From Candidatus Dormiibacterota bacterium (lineage in GTDB: Bacteria > Chloroflexota > Dormibacteria > Aeolococcales > Aeolococcaceae), in the NCBI GenBank assembly GCA_036521195.1, contig DATDID010000009.1, positions 1,609-65,608 of the forward strand: a stretch of 64,000 nucleotides of DNA, read 5' to 3'. The notes under the pieces were generated by a model. That model ran no database searches, was not told the DNA's origin, and was given only the letters and a program-made list of their open reading frames with translations. Every line of letters starts with the position of its first letter. Position 1 is the stretch's first letter. This document shows, in pieces, positions 1-11,953 of this stretch. The translations under genes were made by a program, and so were the position numbers.

Positions 1-594
1 CTCGTGCCGCACATCCGTGATCTCTGCGACCGTTTCGCGGCCGAGGGTTTCGTCGCGCTCGCGCCCGACCTGTACCACGGCAAGGACACGACCGAGCCGG
101 ACGAGGCGGGCAAGCTGCTCATGGAACTGGACCTCCCCCGCGCTGCGCGCGACATGCTCGGCGCGGGCAAATGGCTGGCGCAGAGCGACAAGACGGCCGG
201 TGACCGTGTCGGCATCGTCGGCTTCTGCATGGGCGGTGCTCTGGCGCTCTACGCGGCAACGCTGAGCGACGTGTTCGCGGCCGTCGTTCCCTTCTACCCG
301 TACATGGGAGTGACGGCCGCAGCCAAGCCCGAGGTCGCGAACATCAAGGGCGCTGTGCTCGGTCACTTCGCGACGAAGGACGAGGCGTACACGCCCGAGC
401 ACGTCGCGGCCCTCGAGGCGGAGCTGCGCGGCGCGGGCGTCGACGTCGAGTTCTTCTGGTACGAGGGCGCCGACCACGCGTTCTTCAACGACACGCGGCC
501 CGAGGTCTTCGATGAGGACGCTGCCCGCCTCGCCTGGGACCGGACGCGGGCCTTCTTCCGGACCCACCTGGCGACGACCGTCGCCCCCGTCTAG
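1..594 (+). CDS. dienelactone hydrolase family protein (5' end cut by the window edge)
   Basis: The frame of ORF 4..594 stays open to base 1. The translation contains FAAEGFVALAPDLYHG, GIVGFCMGG and a C-terminal YEGADHAFFND, which fit the DLH alpha/beta-hydrolase pattern from memory. Confidence 0.75.
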   Translation, partial: LVPHIRDLCDRFAAEGFVALAPDLYHGKDTTEPDEAGKLLMELDLPRAARDMLGAGKWLAQSDKTAGDRVGIVGFCMGGALALYAATLSDVFAAVVPFYPYMGVTAAAKPEVANIKGAVLGHFATKDEAYTPEHVAALEAELRGAGVDVEFFWYEGADHAFFNDTRPEVFDEDAARLAWDRTRAFFRTHLATTVAPV

Positions 595-724
595 GGCTCC
601 GCTCCGGGGTCGCCGCGGGGGGCGGCACCTGAATTCGGCTCCAATTCGGGTCCGATGTGTCTAGAATGCGCGCAACCTGCCTCCGAGCAGTCGCAGAACC
701 ACCCAACCACCCGGAGGAGAGCAC

Positions 725-871
725 ATGGCCACTGGCTATTGCCTCAAATGCAAGGAGCAGCGCGAGATCAAGGGCGCTGAAGCAATCACCATGAAGAACG
801 GCAAGCCTGCGACCACCGGCACGTGCCCGGTCTGCGGCACCAAGATCTTCAAGATCGGCAAAGCCGCCTAG
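725..871 (+). CDS. small zinc-ribbon protein, DUF5679-like (48 aa)
   Basis: ATG at 725 lies 7 nt after GGAGGAG (713-719). Translation is MATGYCLKCKEQREIKGAEAITMKNGKPATTGTCPVCGTKIFKIGKAA with CxxC...CxxC and GC-rich third positions. It is absent from the ORF track because it is under 60 aa. Confidence 0.75.
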   Translation: MATGYCLKCKEQREIKGAEAITMKNGKPATTGTCPVCGTKIFKIGKAA

Positions 872-879
872 ATACTCAG

Positions 880-913
880 TTGCCGGGCTCGGGCCTCGCG
901 GCCGGCCTGGCAA
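880..913. terminator. imperfect GC-rich hairpin between convergent genes
   Basis: ttgcc (880-884) pairs with ggcaa (909-913), with further G:C and G:U pairs inside. It sits between the stop at 871 (+) and the stop at 955 (-). There is no U-tract. Confidence 0.3.
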
Positions 914-954
914 TCGCGCACTGGTGACGGGGTGCAGGCGCGCCCCAGCACCAC

Positions 955-2622
955 CTACCCGAGCAGCTCGCGCTGGAGCTGGTCGAGCGGCAGCGACCCC
1001 ATATGGAGCGCATCCATGTGGAATCGCTTCAGGTCGAACTCGGCACCGAGCCTTTCCCGGAGTAGAGCGCGGATGTCGAGCCACACACGCTCCCCAACTT
1101 TGTAGCTGATCGCCTGCGCCGGCATCCCGCAGTAGCGCTCGAGCTCGCTCAGCGCGAATCCCGGGCCCCCGAAGTAGCTGTAGCGCGTGACGAAGGGGAG
1201 GGCGACCTCCCAGTCCCAGACCTGTCCGGGTGCGTATTGCTCGCTTGCGGGGATCTCGAGCTGCAGGTGGAGCCCAATGTCGACGATGACCCGCATGGCG
1301 CGAAACGCGTGGGCGGCGAGCATCCCGAGCCGGTAGTCCGGGTTCTCCAGGTATCCGAGCTCGTCCATGAGCCGCTCGGCGTAAAGCGCCCACCCCTCAC
1401 CGTGGCCGGAGTAGAAGCCCAGCTCGCGCTGGAACCTGCTGAGCCGATCCTGGAAGGTCATGCAGAGCCCCACCTGCAGGTGGTGCCCGGGGACGCCCTC
1501 GTGGTAGGCGGTGCTCACCTCGGTCCAGAGTGGGAACCGGGTCCGGTCCCGGGCCGGATACCAGGTGCGTCCGGGCCTCGAGAAGTCCGCCGACGGCGCC
1601 GTGTAGTACATCGCCGCCGCGGTTCCCGGTGGTGCCTGGCGGCACTCGACCCGGCGGATCTGCTCGGGGATGTCGAAATGCACGCCGTCGAGCTCGTCGA
1701 TCGTCCTGTCGGTGAGGTTCTGGAGGAAACCGAGGAGCTCGTCGATGCTCTCGAGCCCGCGGGCGGGGTCCTCACGAAGCAGGGCGATGGCGCCGTCGAG
1801 CCCGAGCCCGGGGGCGATCAGGTCCGCGCTGCGGTCCATCTCTGCTTCGAGCCGGTGCAACTCCTCCCAGCCCCAGGCGTACACCTCGCGCAGGTCGCCG
1901 GTCAGGCCGAGAAAACGTCGCACACCGAGTGCGTACACCTCCTCGCCGGCTGCGTCCGATTCGCGAGCGTGCGGTGCGTAGTCGTCGCGTAAGAACTTCG
2001 CGAGCTCCGCATAGGCGGTTGTCGCAAGACGCGCGCCGCTCCGAAGGGCTTCTGCGTCGGCTCCGGCCTGCCCCCCTGCCTCCGCGAGCGCCTCGAAGTA
2101 CGCCCGTCCCGAGGCATGCTCGCCGCCGAGGGTTCCTGCCTGCGTGGCGCACACGAGTGCCTGCCGTCGCGGCGCGATCTGGCCCGTGGACAGGCCGTGC
2201 CGCAGCGATGCGGTGAATCCCCGGATTGCATCGGGCACGCGCGTCATGCGGGTCGCGATATGCGCCCAGTCCTCAGGCGTGGCGCGTGGAGCGCCGTCGA
2301 AGGCCGCGCGGATGAACGAGATGGGCGAGTCGAAGTTGGAGAGCTGCCGCCACGGATTGCCCGCTGCGTAGCCCTCCTGCATGACGTCGATCCGATCGGT
2401 CATCACCGCCGCGGCGATGCGATCGGCATCGTTCTCCGGCTGGGCCGCGTCGAGGGATCGCATCGTCGACCTCGCAAGGTCGAGTCGAGCATCGACACCG
2501 TCCGGCGAGTAGTCGGTGGCCTCGTCGTCGTGCCCCGGTTCGCCGATGGCCGTAGCAGTGAACGGATCGAGACGGCAGAGCGCCGAGACGTACGAATCGG
2601 CGATACGGAAGACCTGGGTCAC
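955..2622 (-). CDS. DUF885 family protein (metallopeptidase-like)
   Basis: 555-aa ORF containing AYHEGVPGHHLQ and WALYAERLMDELG, typical of DUF885 as I recall it. Codon usage is good. Confidence 0.8.
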   Translation of the reverse strand: MTQVFRIADSYVSALCRLDPFTATAIGEPGHDDEATDYSPDGVDARLDLARSTMRSLDAAQPENDADRIAAAVMTDRIDVMQEGYAAGNPWRQLSNFDSPISFIRAAFDGAPRATPEDWAHIATRMTRVPDAIRGFTASLRHGLSTGQIAPRRQALVCATQAGTLGGEHASGRAYFEALAEAGGQAGADAEALRSGARLATTAYAELAKFLRDDYAPHARESDAAGEEVYALGVRRFLGLTGDLREVYAWGWEELHRLEAEMDRSADLIAPGLGLDGAIALLREDPARGLESIDELLGFLQNLTDRTIDELDGVHFDIPEQIRRVECRQAPPGTAAAMYYTAPSADFSRPGRTWYPARDRTRFPLWTEVSTAYHEGVPGHHLQVGLCMTFQDRLSRFQRELGFYSGHGEGWALYAERLMDELGYLENPDYRLGMLAAHAFRAMRVIVDIGLHLQLEIPASEQYAPGQVWDWEVALPFVTRYSYFGGPGFALSELERYCGMPAQAISYKVGERVWLDIRALLRERLGAEFDLKRFHMDALHMGSLPLDQLQRELLG

Positions 2623-2632
2623 GTCCCCGACG

Positions 2633-5091
<2,459 letters not shown>

Positions 5092-5092
<1 letters not shown>

Positions 5093-6105
5093 TACTGAGC
5101 TCCAACCTCCACGGGGGTTCTCACCGCGCTCGCGATCACACCGCTGACGCCCTGGTCGGCCGCGCGAGCGGCAACACGGATCGCGTTCATCGTCGCCTCG
5201 GCGTCCGACCGCCCGTGCGCGATGACCACTTCACCTGCAACGCCGAGCAACAGCGCGCCGCCCGTCTTTCGGTAGTCGACACGATCGCGGAGCGGGCGGA
5301 GCTTCGGCTTGAGCAACGCTCCGCCGACTTTGCCGCCCATGGACTTGCGGGCTTCCCGGGCGATGCTCGAGAAGAGGAAATCGCCGATGCCCTCGGCAAC
5401 CTTGAGGACGACGTTACCGGTGAACCCGTCGGTCACCACGACATCGCATGCACCTCGGAAGACGTCCTTGCCCTCGACGTTGCCGACGAAGTTGATCGGC
5501 AGTGCCGCGATGAGCGGGTGCGCGGCCTGGACGAGCTCGGATCCCTTCTCGGCCTCCTCGCCATTGCTGAGCAGGGCGACTCGCGGGCGCTCGATGCCGA
5601 GCATGGTGCGAGCGTAGACGTCGCCCATCAGCGCGAACTGCGCCAACCACTCGGCCTTGCAGTCCGTGTTGGCACCGACGTCGAGCATGAACGTCTGACC
5701 CGACTCGCTCGGGAACGCTGCGCCAATGGCGGGTCGCGCGATGCCCGGGATGCGCTTGATGGTGAACAGTGCGGCTGCCAGCATCGCACCGCTGTTGCCC
5801 GCGCTCACCACTGCGCGAGCACTGCCGGCGGCCACCAGGGCGCAGCTGCTCACCAGTGAGGAGTCGCGCTTGGCGCGCACCGCGTTGGCGGGATGCTCGT
5901 TCATCTCGATGACGTCGCGTGCGTCGACGACGGTGATCGCACCCGACGATGCGCCCGCGCTCCGCAGCTCGGCTTCGACGGTTTCGCGCCGCCCCACCAG
6001 CGTGACCGAGATGCCGTGCTCGTTCACGGCGCGCAACGCACCTTGAACGATCGCTGCCGGGGCGTTGTCACCGCCCATCGCGTCAACCGCGATTGGGAGC
6101 GGCAT
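5092..6105 (-). CDS. plsX: phosphate acyltransferase PlsX
   Basis: The internal ATG at 6105 gives [16 protein letters not shown]... and a 337-aa protein, the normal PlsX length. The start overlaps the gyrB stop (TGATG) and the stop overlaps the gyrA start (TAATG). Confidence 0.9.
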
Positions 6106-8024
6106 CAGACGTCGAGGTTGCGCACGCTCGTCGCGTGGGTCTGGATGAAGCGCTTCCGCGGCTCGACGTCCGAGCCCATGAGACGGTCGAAGATGTCGTC
6201 GGCCTTGATGGCGTCGGCGACACCGACCTGGAGCAGCACGCGGCGCTCCGGATCCATCGTGGTCGCCCACAACTCCTCCGACATCATCTCGCCAAGTCCC
6301 TTGTACCGGGAGATCTCGGTGTCACGGCCCATCGTCTTCGCCTTGTCGTCGCGCTGGTCGTCGCTGAAGGCGTACTCGGTCTGCTTGTTGCGTCCCTTGC
6401 CCTTCTCGAGCTTGTACAGCGGCGGCTGCGCGAGGTAGAGATAGCCGCCATCGACGAGCGGGCGCAGGTGGCGCCAGAAGAACGTGAGCAGCAGCGTGCG
6501 GATGTGCGAGCCGTCGACGTCCGCGTCCGCCATGAGGACGATGCGGTGGTAACGGAGCTTGTCGACGCTGAACGTCTCGCCGAAGCCCCCGCCGAGCGCC
6601 ATGATCAGGTCCTTGATCTGCTCGTTGCCGAGGATCTTGTCCGCGCGTGCCTTCTCGACGTTGAGGATCTTGCCGCGCAACGGCAGGATGGCCTGGTTGC
6701 GGCGCTCGCGCGCCTCCTTGGCCGTACCACCTGCGGACAGTCCCTCGACGATGAAGATCTCGCAATGCGCGGGGTCGCGCTCGCTGCAGTCGACGAGCTT
6801 GCCGGGCAGCGTTGCCGACTCGAGCAATGACTTGCGTTGCACGAGGTCTCGCGCTTTCGCCGCCGCCTGGCGTGCGCGTGCAGCGGTGAGCGACTGGTCG
6901 ATGATCTTGCGACCTTCGCCCGGGTTCTCCTCGAGGTACTGCATCAGCGCGTCGCTCAGCACTGTCGAGACCTGGCCCGCGACCTCGCTGTTGCCCAGCT
7001 TGGTTTTGGTCTGACCCTCGAACTGTGGCTCGCGGAGCTTGACGCTGATCACCGCGGTGAGACCGTCGCGAACGTCATCGCCCGTGAGGTTGGGATCCTG
7101 TTCCTTCAGGATGGACGCTTTGCGCGCGTACTTGTTCAACGTCGCCGTCAGCGCGGTGCGGAACCCGGTGACGTGCGCGCCGCCCTCCTCGGTATGCACG
7201 TTGTTGGCAAACGCCAGCACGTGTTCCGTGAAGACGGTGTTCTGGTACTGGAGGGCGATCTCGACGACGTTGCCGTCGATCTCGCGCTCAACGTACATCG
7301 GCTTGAAGTTGATGACGTTGCGGTTGGCGTTCAGGTATCGAACGAAGGACTGAATCCCGCCCTCGAAATGGAACGTGTACGCGGCTGCGTCGCGCTCGTC
7401 GAAGAGCTGGATCGTGATGCCCTTGTTGAGGAACGCGTAGCTGCGCAGCGAGTTCTCCACGATGTCCCAGGAGAACTCGATCTCCGGGAAGATCTCTGGG
7501 TCCGGCCAGAACTGGACGAGCGTTCCGTGACGGTCCGACTTGCCGACAACGGCAACAGGGCCGTCGGGGACGCCCCGTGTGTACGTCTGCCGGTGGATCT
7601 CCCCGTCGAGATAGACCTCGACCAGCAGACGCTCACTCAGCGCGTTGACGACCGAGAGGCCGACGCCGTGCAGACCGCCTGAGACCTTGTACCCGCCGCC
7701 GCCGAATTTGCCTCCGGCGTGCAGCGTGGTGAGGACGACCTCGAGCGCGGACTTCCTGGCCGTGGGATGCATGCCCACGGGGATACCGCGACCGTTGTCC
7801 AGCACGGACACGGATTTGTCCGCGTGCAGCGTGACCTTGATGGTGTCGCACCAGCCGGCGAGCGCCTCGTCGATGCTGTTGTCGACAAGCTCGACGACAA
7901 GGTGGTGCAGACCACGCAGGTCGGTAGAGCCGATGTACATGCCAGGTCTGCGACGGACAGGCTCGAGACCTTCCAGGATCTGAATCTGGTCGGCCGAGTA
8001 CGTGCCTTTCGAGACCCGGCTGAT
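6105..8024 (-). CDS. gyrB: DNA gyrase subunit B (start codon unresolved)
   Basis: Motifs: HHLVVELVDNSIDEA, LHGVGLSVVNALS, Toprim EIFIVEGLSAGG, PLRGKILNVEKA and DADVDGSHI. The conserved YSADQIQILEGLEPVRRRPG is encoded upstream of the first ATG (7940). The 5' end is set provisionally at ATC 8024. Confidence 0.9.
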   Translation of the reverse strand: MSRVSKGTYSADQIQILEGLEPVRRRPGMYIGSTDLRGLHHLVVELVDNSIDEALAGWCDTIKVTLHADKSVSVLDNGRGIPVGMHPTARKSALEVVLTTLHAGGKFGGGGYKVSGGLHGVGLSVVNALSERLLVEVYLDGEIHRQTYTRGVPDGPVAVVGKSDRHGTLVQFWPDPEIFPEIEFSWDIVENSLRSYAFLNKGITIQLFDERDAAAYTFHFEGGIQSFVRYLNANRNVINFKPMYVEREIDGNVVEIALQYQNTVFTEHVLAFANNVHTEEGGAHVTGFRTALTATLNKYARKASILKEQDPNLTGDDVRDGLTAVISVKLREPQFEGQTKTKLGNSEVAGQVSTVLSDALMQYLEENPGEGRKIIDQSLTAARARQAAAKARDLVQRKSLLESATLPGKLVDCSERDPAHCEIFIVEGLSAGGTAKEARERRNQAILPLRGKILNVEKARADKILGNEQIKDLIMALGGGFGETFSVDKLRYHRIVLMADADVDGSHIRTLLLTFFWRHLRPLVDGGYLYLAQPPLYKLEKGKGRNKQTEYAFSDDQRDDKAKTMGRDTEISRYKGLGEMMSEELWATTMDPERRVLLQVGVADAIKADDIFDRLMGSDVEPRKRFIQTHATSVRNLDV

Positions 8025-8289
8025 GCCCTCAGGCGGAGGGTTCGAGCTGCCTCCGTTGGCGCTCGGCGTCGGTTCGACGGGCTCCTCGTGGGGCCGTTCG
8101 GGGCGTGCGATGTCGGTTATCGGTACTGCTCCGGTTGTGACGTGAGTGTTGGAGGTGAGGCCAAAGGTGAAACCGCTCGATTACTCAGCGCTGACTGCTC
8201 AAATCGGCCGTTCCAGATGCCTCTATTCTACCAGCCTGGAGGCCTACTTTGCTCTCCTCCGCGCGGTGCGCTGCACTAGCATCAGTACG

Positions 8290-11235
8290 GTGAAGGACAC
8301 TGTCGCGGACGTAGCGGAAGAGGCTCTCAAGGAGTACCGCCGCAAGCGCGACTTCAAACAGACCCCGGAGCCGAGTGGGGACCAGGTCGGACGTGCGGAC
8401 GCGGACCGATCCGCATGGGATCTCCTGCCGCACGGACACCGCTTCTGCGTGCAGAAACACCGGGCAACGCGGATGCACTTCGACTTCCGACTCGAGCATG
8501 CCGGGGTGCTGCTCTCGTGGGCGATCCCGAGAGGCCCGAGCCTCGATCCGGCCAAGAAGCGCCTGGCCGTACAGACCGAGGACCATCCCATCGATTACGG
8601 CGAGTTCGAGGGCGTGATCCCCTCCGGGTACGGCGCTGGGACGGTGATGCTCTGGGACATCGGCACCTTCGAGTGGATCAAGGAGTCGGCCGAGGACTAC
8701 GAGCGGTCGCGCCTCAAAGGCGACATAAAATTCCGGCTCTCGGGGAGCAAGCTGTCCGGCGAGTTCGCGCTCGTGCACATCGGCGAGCGCGGACAGCAGT
8801 ACGGGGGCAGCAGCGACGGCAGCAAGAACTGGTTGATGCTCAAGAAGCGCGACGCGTCGGTGGTTGAGGGGTACGAGGCGATCGACCGCGATGTTTCGGT
8901 CAAGACCGGCAGAAGCCTGGCTGAGATAGCCAGCGACGGCGGCGGTGATCCAAGGGAGATGCGACGCGCTCGATCGCGGGGCGAGACGCCTCCGGCGACC
9001 GACTCCGCGGTGGGCGAGCCGGTCCGTGCGCCCGCCCCGATGCTGGCGACCTCGGCCGAACGCGCTTTTTCACGCGAGGGCTGGTTCTTTGAGCTGAAGT
9101 ACGACGGGATCCGGGCGATGGTCAGCGTCGCGGGTGACGCGGTCCGCATCACCGGCCGCAGAGGCAAGGACGAGACGTTGCACTACCCCGAGGCACAGGC
9201 GATCCGTGCCGGCATTCGCGCACGGCAGGCAATCGTCGACGGCGAGCTCGTCGTGCTCGACACGGACGGCCGCCCGTCGTTCGAGCGTCTGCAGCAGCGC
9301 ATCAACGTCTCACGCGAGGCCGACGCGCGGCGTCTCGCCGTCGAGCACCCCGTGACGTTCGTCGCCTTCGACCTCGTGCAGCTCGAGGGCCGCGACCTCA
9401 TGGCGACCGAGCTACGCATCCGCAAGAAGACGCTGCGCGAGACCATCGTCGACGCGCCACACATCCTCTTCGCGGAGCACGTCGAACGCGATGGCGTCGC
9501 ACTGTTCGAGGAAGCACGCAAGAACGGCATCGAAGGCATTGTCGCCAAGCGCGCGGACTCGCTGTACCGCCCCGGGCTCCGAACACCCGAGTGGGTGAAG
9601 ATCAAGTCCTGGCGTACCCAGTCGTGCGTGATCGCCGGCTACACAGCCGGCCGCGGTCGCCGCTCCAACCAACTGGGAGCGCTCATCCTCGCCATACAAG
9701 ACAACGACGGCCGCCTCAAACACTGCGGCCAGGTGGGTACCGGCTTCAACGAAAAAAGCCTGCGCGCAATCAAAGAGAAACTCGCCTCCCTGATCGTCGA
9801 CAAATGTCAACTCGACACAACCCCAAGAACAACCGAACCAGCCACCTGGGTACGACCCGAGCTGATCTGCGAAGTCCGTTTCTCGGAATGGACCAGCGAA
9901 GGCATGCTCCGCCACCCCGCCTTCCAAAAACTACGACCCGACCAAGCCCTCGACGACACCGCCCGCGAGCAGCCAACACCCGTCCCACCAAACGCCAAAA
10001 CACAACGCACGTCGCGCAACACCACTGAGCGCTCGCCAGAAGACTCCCGCGACGAGACAAGGCCCGCTGCCCAGTCCCCCGCCGACAACGCACCGAGCCC
10101 CGCCGCCTCAGCGCCGAGACGGTCGCCCCCGCACACATCGCGCATACGACCCAGCCCCGAAACAATTCGGGCAAGGAACAGTCTGGGTCGCCCCGTGGGG
10201 AGCAGCGTCGCCGGAGTGCTTGGCGACGAGGATGCCACGCCCTCCAGAGACACCGACAACCACAAGGAGACCAAGCGCGGAGGCGACGAGGGGACCCCAC
10301 GGGGACAGGACCCAGACACCATCGATGCGGCCCTGAAAACGTTGAGGACGCTGCACGGCAACGCGAGATGGGAAATAGCAGGCAGACGCCTCCCACTGAC
10401 CAACCTGGACAAAGTGCTCTGGCCCGCAGAAGGTCTGACCAAGCGGGACATGATCGAGTACTACGTGCGCATGGCGCCGTACATGATTCCGTACCTGCGG
10501 AACCGACCGCTTTCGATGCAGGTGTTCCCCGACGGCATCGATGGAAAGTCCTTCTGGAGAAAGGACAAACCGGCACATGCGCCGTCGTGGATCGAAGCAT
10601 GGACGTACCACGGTGAGAAGACCAAGACCTACATCGTCGTCAACGAGGTCGCGACACTCGCATGGGTCGCCAACGCGGGTGTCATCGATCTGCATCCATG
10701 GCATTCACGCATCGACGAACCCGGGAATCCCGATTGGGCCGTCTTCGACCTCGACCCGTTCGAGCCCGCGACGTTCCAGGACGTCATCAACATCGCCAAG
10801 CTGGTCAAAGCCGCGCTCGACCATTACGGGATGCACGGAGTCGTCAAGACCAGCGGGCAGACCGGCCTGCAGATCTACGTCCCCGTCCGCCGCGGGCCGG
10901 ACTACGCGGCCGTGCGCGGCTGGGTGGAGGAGGTCGGCAAGGCGATCGACCAGGCCGCACCGGGTCGCGTCAGCTGGGAATGGGCCGTTGCCAAGCGGAC
11001 CGGGCGCATACGCATCGACTACACGCAGAACATCATCAACAAGACGCTCGCCGCCCCCTACTCGTTGCGTCCTGCGCCCGGCGCGCCGGTATCCACCCCG
11101 ATTACCTGGGAGGAGCTCGACGACCCGCAACTGCGCCCGGATCGGTGGAACATCGCGACGATCGCCCAGCGCATCGAAGAGGTCGGCGATCTCTTCGCGC
11201 CGGCACTGCACGCGGATCAAGACCTCCCGGGCTAG
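8290..11235 (+). CDS. ligD: multidomain NHEJ ligase LigD (phosphoesterase-ligase-polymerase order)
   Basis: GTG at 8290 precedes LKEYRRKRDFKQTPEP (PE domain). Ligase motif I is FELKYDGIRAM, followed by EGIVAKRADSLYRPG. The C-terminal primase-polymerase region has DLHPW, AVFDLDP and VKTSGQTGLQIYVP. Confidence 0.93.
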   Translation: MKDTVADVAEEALKEYRRKRDFKQTPEPSGDQVGRADADRSAWDLLPHGHRFCVQKHRATRMHFDFRLEHAGVLLSWAIPRGPSLDPAKKRLAVQTEDHPIDYGEFEGVIPSGYGAGTVMLWDIGTFEWIKESAEDYERSRLKGDIKFRLSGSKLSGEFALVHIGERGQQYGGSSDGSKNWLMLKKRDASVVEGYEAIDRDVSVKTGRSLAEIASDGGGDPREMRRARSRGETPPATDSAVGEPVRAPAPMLATSAERAFSREGWFFELKYDGIRAMVSVAGDAVRITGRRGKDETLHYPEAQAIRAGIRARQAIVDGELVVLDTDGRPSFERLQQRINVSREADARRLAVEHPVTFVAFDLVQLEGRDLMATELRIRKKTLRETIVDAPHILFAEHVERDGVALFEEARKNGIEGIVAKRADSLYRPGLRTPEWVKIKSWRTQSCVIAGYTAGRGRRSNQLGALILAIQDNDGRLKHCGQVGTGFNEKSLRAIKEKLASLIVDKCQLDTTPRTTEPATWVRPELICEVRFSEWTSEGMLRHPAFQKLRPDQALDDTAREQPTPVPPNAKTQRTSRNTTERSPEDSRDETRPAAQSPADNAPSPAASAPRRSPPHTSRIRPSPETIRARNSLGRPVGSSVAGVLGDEDATPSRDTDNHKETKRGGDEGTPRGQDPDTIDAALKTLRTLHGNARWEIAGRRLPLTNLDKVLWPAEGLTKRDMIEYYVRMAPYMIPYLRNRPLSMQVFPDGIDGKSFWRKDKPAHAPSWIEAWTYHGEKTKTYIVVNEVATLAWVANAGVIDLHPWHSRIDEPGNPDWAVFDLDPFEPATFQDVINIAKLVKAALDHYGMHGVVKTSGQTGLQIYVPVRRGPDYAAVRGWVEEVGKAIDQAAPGRVSWEWAVAKRTGRIRIDYTQNIINKTLAAPYSLRPAPGAPVSTPITWEELDDPQLRPDRWNIATIAQRIEEVGDLFAPALHADQDLPG

Positions 11236-11277
11236 AACGTGCGCGTAAACCGCCGTCAGCGGGTACGCTCCACCCCG

Positions 11278-11895
11278 ATGCAACGGTTGCTTTTTCCGCT
11301 CGCACTGTTCGCGGCCGCGGGTGTCGTCGCAGGCTGCGGCTCATCCACTCCGACAGCCTCTAAGACCGCAGCTGTCACGACGCAGGCAACGCCAACGCCC
11401 GTGGCCACCGCAGTCCCGACGCCCACGCCGGTGCCCACCCCAACAGCCGCAATCCCCTGCATGCCAGGTCAGTTCGAGATCACGATCAACAACCAGCAGG
11501 GTGCTGCAGGCACCATCTACGCGACCTTCGAGATTCGGAACACGACGACGAGCGACTGCACGGAGAATGGCTACCCGAAGCTGCAGATGCTCGGCCCCAA
11601 TGGCGGCGAGCTCGCCACGCAGTGGACGAACGACAACTCGATGGCGTCGCCGTCAGCGACCGACCTCGCGCCGGGGACTGAGCCGCTTGGTGCCGCGGGC
11701 GCGACAGGGCACGGCTACTTCCTCGTGTCGTGGACCGACGCGACGTGTTCCGCAGCCGCGTCCACGTCGCCGAAGTTCTGGCAGATCACACTGCCGACAT
11801 CAGGCTTCCAGACCGACGTCACCGCCATGCCGGACAGCGATGTCTGCGGCGGCGACATCAAGGTCGGTCCGATCAAGTCCGCGCCGTACACCTGA
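11278..11895 (+). CDS. DUF4232 domain lipoprotein
   Basis: MQRLLFPLALFAAAGVVAGCGSS contains a lipobox. A Thr/Pro linker follows, then CMPGQFEITINNQQGAAGTIYATFEIRNTTTSDCTENGYPKLQM, typical of DUF4232. An alternative GTG start is at 11239. Confidence 0.75.
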   Translation: MQRLLFPLALFAAAGVVAGCGSSTPTASKTAAVTTQATPTPVATAVPTPTPVPTPTAAIPCMPGQFEITINNQQGAAGTIYATFEIRNTTTSDCTENGYPKLQMLGPNGGELATQWTNDNSMASPSATDLAPGTEPLGAAGATGHGYFLVSWTDATCSAAASTSPKFWQITLPTSGFQTDVTAMPDSDVCGGDIKVGPIKSAPYT

Positions 11896-11953
11896 TCCCC
11901 GCCCACGCCGGCGCCGTTCGACGCCAACGCCGGATTCCCAATAGAATTCGGCC

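Noticed and set aside
7938-7940. The ATG at 7940 as the gyrB start, as implied by the ORF track.
   Set aside because: It would remove the conserved LEGLEPVRRRPG N-terminal arm, which is clearly encoded in frame immediately upstream. It was kept only as a fallback.
9640-10420. The A-rich ligD patch as a diversity-generating retroelement template or variable repeat.
   Set aside because: The window has no reverse transcriptase gene, and I could find no second copy of the segment that would serve as a TR/VR pair.
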